From Candidatus Hydrogenedentota bacterium (GTDB lineage: Bacteria > Hydrogenedentota > Hydrogenedentia > Hydrogenedentales > GCA-2746185), in the NCBI GenBank assembly GCA_046583315.1, contig JAYGCN010000145.1:1-10512 (forward strand): a stretch of 10,512 nucleotides of DNA, in the 5' to 3' direction. Position 1 is the first letter of the stretch, and each line of letters begins with the position of its first letter. Below, piece by piece: positions 5,495 through 10,512 of the stretch. The notes under the pieces are model-generated. The model ran no database searches. It was not told the origin of the DNA and saw only the letters and a list, made by a program, of their open reading frames with translations. Both the position numbers and the translations under genes were made by a program.

Positions 5495-6889
5495 ATGAAA
5501 AAGGAAATTCAGAATAGCTTGCGCGCCCTTCCCAAGATGGATACGCTGCTGGCGTCAGAGCATGCAGAAAAATTTCTCCAGCACATGTCACTCGAACGAT
5601 TGACAGAGGAGGTGCGTATTGCCCTGGACACCCAACGCGAACAAATGCTATCGGGCGCGCTGGGTAGCTTCTCCGACGAGGAACTCTGGTCACATGTGTC
5701 GACTTCTCTGAACCGTTCCTTAGTGCCCTCCCTGGATCGCGTCATCAATGGCACTGGCGTTATACTCCATACAAACTTGGGCCGAGCTCCCCTTTCAATC
5801 GCCGCATTGGGCAACATCGCCGCCCTTTGCCGTGGCTACAGCAACGTAGAGTTTGACATCAAATCCGGGCAGCGCGGCAGCCGATACGTACACGTGGAAT
5901 CCCTGCTCACCGAGCTCACCGGAGCCGAAAGCGCCCTCGTCGTCAACAACAACGCCGCAGCCGTTATGCTCGTCGTCAATACGCTCGCCAAAGACGGCGA
6001 AGTCGTCACCTCCCGCGGAGAACTCATCGAAATCGGCGGATCGTTTCGCATTCCAGACGTCATAGAACGTAGCGAGGCCGATCTCGTCGAAGTAGGCACC
6101 ACCAACAAGACGCGCGTGGGGGACTTTGAAGCCGCGACCACTGACAAGACCCGCATCCTGCTCAAAGTACATCCCAGTAACTACCGCGTCGTGGGATTCA
6201 CCGAAGAGACCCCGCGTGAGGCACTGGTAGAGCTTGCCAAAGATAAGGGAATCTGGTCGGTCGAAGACCTTGGTAGCGGTACCTTCATCGACACCGCCGA
6301 AGTTGGACTCGAACACGAACCGACACCGCGCGAAGTGCTCGCGACCGGCATGGACATCGTCACTTTCAGCGGCGACAAACTGCTCGGTGGGCCGCAAGCT
6401 GGAATCATCGTCGGCAAATCCGAAGCCATCGATCGCATGAAGAAAAATCCGCTGCTCCGTGCATTGCGCATGGACAAACTCACCCTGGCAGCCCTTGAAT
6501 CCACCTTGCGCGAATACCGCGATCCCGAACGCGCCAAGGAAAAGATCCCGGTACTGCGCATGCTTTATGCGACCGCCGAACAATTGCAGGAAAATGCGAA
6601 CACGCTGGCGGAGAAACTCAGCGATATCCAAGGTATTTCGGTGGAGGTTATCAATTCCGAAAGCTATTCAGGAGGCGGTGCACTACCCCAAGAAGTGCTG
6701 CCGTCCCGTGCCATTACCATCGTCTCGACTGCGTACAGCCCCAACGCTCTCGCGGACGCACTGCGCAACTATGAATTTTTCCCCGTTATCGGTCATATTC
6801 ACAACGATCGCTTTACACTCGATCTGCGTACACTTTTCGACTTCGATTATGATTTCATCGCCGCCGCCCTCACGGAACTCCACGTATGA
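5495..6889 (+). CDS. selA: L-seryl-tRNA(Sec) selenium transferase (selenocysteine synthase)
   Basis: 464 aa. Motifs RVINGTGVILHTNLGRAPL, VVNNNAAAV, SRGELIEIGGSFRIPDV, EVGTTNKT, LLKVHPSNY, EDLGSG, PLP-lysine motif FSGDK295LLGGPQAGII and RALRMDK. Directly upstream of selB. Confidence 0.98.
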   Translation: MKKEIQNSLRALPKMDTLLASEHAEKFLQHMSLERLTEEVRIALDTQREQMLSGALGSFSDEELWSHVSTSLNRSLVPSLDRVINGTGVILHTNLGRAPLSIAALGNIAALCRGYSNVEFDIKSGQRGSRYVHVESLLTELTGAESALVVNNNAAAVMLVVNTLAKDGEVVTSRGELIEIGGSFRIPDVIERSEADLVEVGTTNKTRVGDFEAATTDKTRILLKVHPSNYRVVGFTEETPREALVELAKDKGIWSVEDLGSGTFIDTAEVGLEHEPTPREVLATGMDIVTFSGDKLLGGPQAGIIVGKSEAIDRMKKNPLLRALRMDKLTLAALESTLREYRDPERAKEKIPVLRMLYATAEQLQENANTLAEKLSDIQGISVEVINSESYSGGGALPQEVLPSRAITIVSTAYSPNALADALRNYEFFPVIGHIHNDRFTLDLRTLFDFDYDFIAAALTELHV

Positions 6890-8790
6890 ACTACATGACC
6901 CTGGGGGTGATTGGGCATGTGGACCACGGCAAGACCTCACTCGTAAAAGCCCTCACCGGCATGGAAACCGACCGCCTCAAAGAAGAAAAAGAACGGGGCA
7001 TCTCCATTGCGCTGGGTTACGCCTGGGCAGATCTTCCCGAAGGCCGCATCGGCGTTGTGGATGTGCCTGGTCACGAAAAATTCATTCGCACGATGGTATC
7101 CGGAGCGACAGGCATCCGCGCTGTCTTGCTTGTGCTGGACGTCAACGAAGGTGTCAAGCCGCAGACCATTGAGCACCTGAATATCGCCGAATTGCTCGGC
7201 ATTGATCGCGGTATCATCGCCATCACCAAATGCGATACCGCCGACGACGACATGCGCGAGCTGGCGGCTCTCGACATACGCGATTACCTTGAAGGATCTT
7301 TCCTCTCCGATGCGCCTTTGCTCTATACCTCCGCGCACAATGGAGAAGGTCTCGACGAAATTCGCGCGGAACTCGGCAAAATCGTCGAAGAACTCGGAAG
7401 CATTCCCGGCGAAGGCGCACCCTATCTGCCCGTGGATCGCGCCTTCAGCATGGCCGGCTTCGGACAAGTCGTCACCGGTACCCTTCGACGCGGCGCGATC
7501 AACGTGGGGGACGAGTTGGTCAGTTATCCGGGCGGGAATTCCGTTAAAGTACGCGAACTGCAATCCCACGGCGACACCTGTGAAACGGTCGAACCCGGAA
7601 AACGCTGCGCGGTGAACGTCCGCCTCGAAAAACGCGTGCAACTCAACCGTGGCGATGTGTTGGCACCTGCAGACTCCGTGCAAACCGGCACCGCCGTGTT
7701 GTGCGCCGTCGATGTGCTTGCCGAAGCTGACCGAGCCCTGAAACAACGCCAGGAAATCCGCGCGCTCTGGGGCACCACCGAAGCCATAGGCCGCGTCCAC
7801 CTTCTCGAAGGCGACGAGATTGCTCGTGGCGCCTCCGCCTTCGCGCAAATCCTCTTCGACGAGCCCGTCTGCGGCGTATTCCGCGAAGGATTTATCCTGC
7901 GCTCCTGTTCACCCGTCACCACCATAGGCGGCGGACCCATCCTGTCCATCGCCACACAACGACTTAAACGCAACGACGCCGCATTGCTCGATGACTTAGC
8001 GTTGTTGCGCGACGGGAACGATCAGGAAGTCATTGCCTTCGCGCTCAAGCATTCTGCCAACGGCGTGCTCGACAAGAAACAGACCGGATATCGATACGGC
8101 ATATCCGGCGCAGACCTCGACGCCGTGTGGTCGAAAATCGATGCCGTCGATTTCGACGCTCAGACCGTAACGCACCGTCTGCACCTCGACCATCTGCTCG
8201 ATACCCTGTCCAAAGTGCTCGAAGGCCACCACGCCGCGAATCCGACCCTCTGGGGCTTGTCCCACGACCAGATTGTCGAAGCCGTGCAATCCCAATTCGC
8301 CAGCGCGCTCATCGAACACGCACTCCAGGCAGGCATCGCCGAAAAACGACTCGCGCAAACCAGTGGACTCTACCACCTCGCCACCTTCACCGTCGAAGGC
8401 GCACTGTCCGATGCCGAACAAGCCCTCGTGCGCGAAATCGAAGACGCGTTCCAGAGCGGGGGACTCCAACCCCCCGGCATGGTCGAGGTATTAAAGAACG
8501 ACAAAGAACGCATCCGCCTCTACCGCTACCTCATCACCGAAAAACGCCTCATCGCCACCTCCGTCGCCAACAAGGGGAAATCCGTCAGCAACACCATCGT
8601 CTTCCACGCCGACGCCATCAACCAGGCCCAATTCCTCCTCATGGAACATCTCGACACCCAACAAGGTTTCACCCCCTCAACCATAAAAGAAATCCTCGGC
8701 ATCAGCCGGAAATACCTAATCCCCCTACTAGAATGCATGGACAAAATGGGGGTGACGAAACGCAGGGGAGATGAGAGGGTGCTGCGATAG
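6886..8790 (+). CDS. selB: Selenocysteine-specific translation elongation factor
   Basis: 634 aa. G1 [23 protein letters not shown]3 DVPGHE, G4 TKCD, LPVDRAF and GKRCAVN. C-terminal winged-helix SECIS-binding signature [13 protein letters not shown]...[14 protein letters not shown] overlap with selA at 6886-6889. Confidence 0.98.
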   Translation: MNYMTLGVIGHVDHGKTSLVKALTGMETDRLKEEKERGISIALGYAWADLPEGRIGVVDVPGHEKFIRTMVSGATGIRAVLLVLDVNEGVKPQTIEHLNIAELLGIDRGIIAITKCDTADDDMRELAALDIRDYLEGSFLSDAPLLYTSAHNGEGLDEIRAELGKIVEELGSIPGEGAPYLPVDRAFSMAGFGQVVTGTLRRGAINVGDELVSYPGGNSVKVRELQSHGDTCETVEPGKRCAVNVRLEKRVQLNRGDVLAPADSVQTGTAVLCAVDVLAEADRALKQRQEIRALWGTTEAIGRVHLLEGDEIARGASAFAQILFDEPVCGVFREGFILRSCSPVTTIGGGPILSIATQRLKRNDAALLDDLALLRDGNDQEVIAFALKHSANGVLDKKQTGYRYGISGADLDAVWSKIDAVDFDAQTVTHRLHLDHLLDTLSKVLEGHHAANPTLWGLSHDQIVEAVQSQFASALIEHALQAGIAEKRLAQTSGLYHLATFTVEGALSDAEQALVREIEDAFQSGGLQPPGMVEVLKNDKERIRLYRYLITEKRLIATSVANKGKSVSNTIVFHADAINQAQFLLMEHLDTQQGFTPSTIKEILGISRKYLIPLLECMDKMGVTKRRGDERVLR

Positions 8791-8829
8791 CGCTTCGCAG
8801 TTTATCGCGGCCTGGCAACCGAAGAGAGG

Positions 8830-8865
8830 TTGACTAATACTAGGACTATCTATAGAGTAATCCTA
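8830..8865 (+). promoter_or_regulatory. Putative sigma70 promoter with an overlapping imperfect palindrome (operator-like)
   Basis: TTGACT (8830-8835), 17 nt, TAGAGT (8853-8858). The imperfect inverted repeat TAGGACTATCTA/TAGAGTAATCCTA (8841-8865) spans the spacer, the -10 and the predicted start site. Confidence 0.55.
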
Positions 8866-8890
8866 TGGTCGAGTGAAGGGCGCACACAAA

Positions 8891-10512
8891 ATGAAAACTC
8901 CATGGGCGAAAATCCTTGCGGTCTTAATTCCGGCCACCCGCTATATTTTTCTGAGTGGTGTAATCTTATCCGTCGGTTCCGTTCACGCGCAAACAACTGA
9001 GTCTGTTGAGCCAATCGGTGACACATCGAAAATTACTGGGTATGTCGTAGAACAAGAAACGGGCTTCGGCATAGCGAACGTGGTTGTGACCCTGACAGGA
9101 TTGGACGCACGAAGACGCGAAATTGCGATAACGGATACGGACGGGTACTATGAGATTCCTGAGTTATCGTCCGGAAAGTATCGCGTCGGATACCAAAGTA
9201 TTCCAGGATATGTCATTGACAGCAAAGCCGACCTCAATCAGGAAATCTACCTGAGCAACGGCGAAGATCACGGCGATGTCATTTTTCAGATATTCGCAGG
9301 AATGAGCGTCAGTGGCGTTGCGCGAAACATCGATGGAAAGCCAGTGGACGGCGCAGAAATTCGCATGTCGGATCGGAGCAAAAAGGGGATCGCCATATCC
9401 GACGCATCGGGACGTTTCAAAATATCCGGACTGGCTAAAGGAAAACATTTCGTGTCGATTTCTAGTATCGGTTATAGTAATTCAAACCTATGGGCTGTCG
9501 CTGGCGCGAACGATTTGGAATTCGTTCTCGAGCAACAGCGAAGAGTGTCCGGTCGCGTAGTAGATTCGATGTCCGGTGAGAGCTTCGAGCGATTCTCCGT
9601 TGCACTGATCAGTACCGACCCGCAATTCGGAATACTTGCGCTGACCGAGCTGTTTGCCGACTATGAGGAAGGAGTGTTTGTGCGCTATGCACCGCCCGTT
9701 GGGGAGTTGAATCTGTACGTCCGGGTTCCCGGCCATGGTGCTGTCGTTTTTCAAGTGCATCAGGGAGGTGCCGGGCAGATGGAAATTGAAACCGTAGTTG
9801 AGGTTCCCAAAGGAGCCTCGGTTTCCGGTCATGTTCGCGATGCACAAGGTAGCCCCATTCCTGATGCGGAATTGCATGTCGTTCCACCCACCATGGGCGA
9901 TTTCGCGAATTCGATGCTCGCTCGAACCAATGCGAAGGGATATTTCGAGATCTTGGATATCGCCCCCGAGCCCATCGACCTATGGGTTCATGCAGAGGGT
10001 CATCCCGAGTTAAAACTCCATTTCGAACCAAGAAGAGGTTCACCCAATGAATACGATATCGTTCTGGACGAGTCCGCCATATTGGAAGGCTACCTGACCC
10101 TCAACGGTTTACCAATCGCGGATACAAGGTTGAGAATTTTCGGGAATATCGAGGACATGGTCAGCGGAAAGCGAATACGCGCACATTATGATGAATCTAT
10201 CACAACAGAACAGGACGGTTTCTTTCGATTTACCGGAATTGCGCCGGGAGAATTCGGCGCATCTTTTCGACTTCAAGATCGAGACGGTCAATTTACGCGG
10301 TCAATACGACTTCAGATTCCTTCCAGTGGAGTGGTTCTACAGGATGTCACGTTGAACTCCGACGATGCGAAACTTGAAGTGCGCGTCCACTGGGCGCCCG
10401 CCGACGATATGGCGTATCACGGCATTTACATACAATATCAGGATGGTGTTTTCTACGACTCTCGGCGTTCGACAGGCAGGAATGACGACGTCTACCATTT
10501 TCCAGATTTGCC
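8891..10512 (+). CDS. Large secreted protein with tandem carboxypeptidase regulatory-like (Cna-B-like) domains, 3' partial
   Basis: Manually translated frame is open from ATG 8891 to the window end (540 codons, no stop): MKTPWAKILAVLIPATRYIFLSGVILSVGSVHA|QT.... Repeated units ITGYVVEQETG...TDTDGYYEIPELSSGKY, VSGVARNIDGKPVDGA...SDASGRFKISGLAKG, VSGRVVDSMSG, VSGHVRDAQGSPIPDA...TNAKGYFEI and LEGYLTLNGLPI...TEQDGFFRFTGIAPGEF. Confidence 0.88.
   Translation, partial: MKTPWAKILAVLIPATRYIFLSGVILSVGSVHAQTTESVEPIGDTSKITGYVVEQETGFGIANVVVTLTGLDARRREIAITDTDGYYEIPELSSGKYRVGYQSIPGYVIDSKADLNQEIYLSNGEDHGDVIFQIFAGMSVSGVARNIDGKPVDGAEIRMSDRSKKGIAISDASGRFKISGLAKGKHFVSISSIGYSNSNLWAVAGANDLEFVLEQQRRVSGRVVDSMSGESFERFSVALISTDPQFGILALTELFADYEEGVFVRYAPPVGELNLYVRVPGHGAVVFQVHQGGAGQMEIETVVEVPKGASVSGHVRDAQGSPIPDAELHVVPPTMGDFANSMLARTNAKGYFEILDIAPEPIDLWVHAEGHPELKLHFEPRRGSPNEYDIVLDESAILEGYLTLNGLPIADTRLRIFGNIEDMVSGKRIRAHYDESITTEQDGFFRFTGIAPGEFGASFRLQDRDGQFTRSIRLQIPSSGVVLQDVTLNSDDAKLEVRVHWAPADDMAYHGIYIQYQDGVFYDSRRSTGRNDDVYHFPDL

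Noticed and set aside
5795..7848. Long alternative ORFs (5795-6631 minus, 278 aa; 6937-7848 minus, 303 aa; 6459-7172 plus, 237 aa)
   Set aside because: These are shadow frames of the GC-rich, codon-biased selA and selB genes, with no recognisable motifs or translation signals.
8127..8774. 215-aa Arg/Pro/His-rich ORF inside selB
   Set aside because: Out-of-frame product of the C-rich codon usage at the selB 3' end; low complexity.
9164..10291. Short ORF-track ORFs in the last 1.6 kb
   Set aside because: All overlap the real uninterrupted + strand frame starting at 8891.
1..10512. Mobile elements, CRISPR arrays, prophage or tandem DNA repeats
   Set aside because: No transposase, integrase or phage structural genes, and no regularly spaced direct repeats were seen.

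Overview
Bacterial chromosomal window with ten protein-coding genes, nine on + and one on -. In order: (1) a lipoprotein with an amicyanin-like type-1 copper motif and a carboxypeptidase-regulatory-like domain, followed by a strong intrinsic terminator; (2) a divergent di-heme cytochrome c peroxidase/MauG-family protein; (3) a secreted hypothetical protein; (4) an SDR-fold protein carrying both signature motifs of halohydrin dehalogenases; (5) a small peptidase M15A behind a structured intergenic region; (6) a secreted hypothetical protein convergent with (7) a small lipoprotein that appears to be expressed from a leaderless mRNA; (8, 9) the selenocysteine machinery genes selA-selB with an ATGA overlap; and (10) a large secreted protein of tandem carboxypeptidase-regulatory-like domains, missing from the ORF track because it runs off the window end. 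No tRNA (including selC), rRNA, CRISPR array, mobile element or in-frame-UGA selenoprotein gene was found. The most notable items are the putative halohydrin dehalogenase, the Cu-lipoprotein/MauG-like pair with atypical heme-site residues, and several regulatory-looking intergenic structures. All family assignments come from motif recognition by eye, not from database searches.
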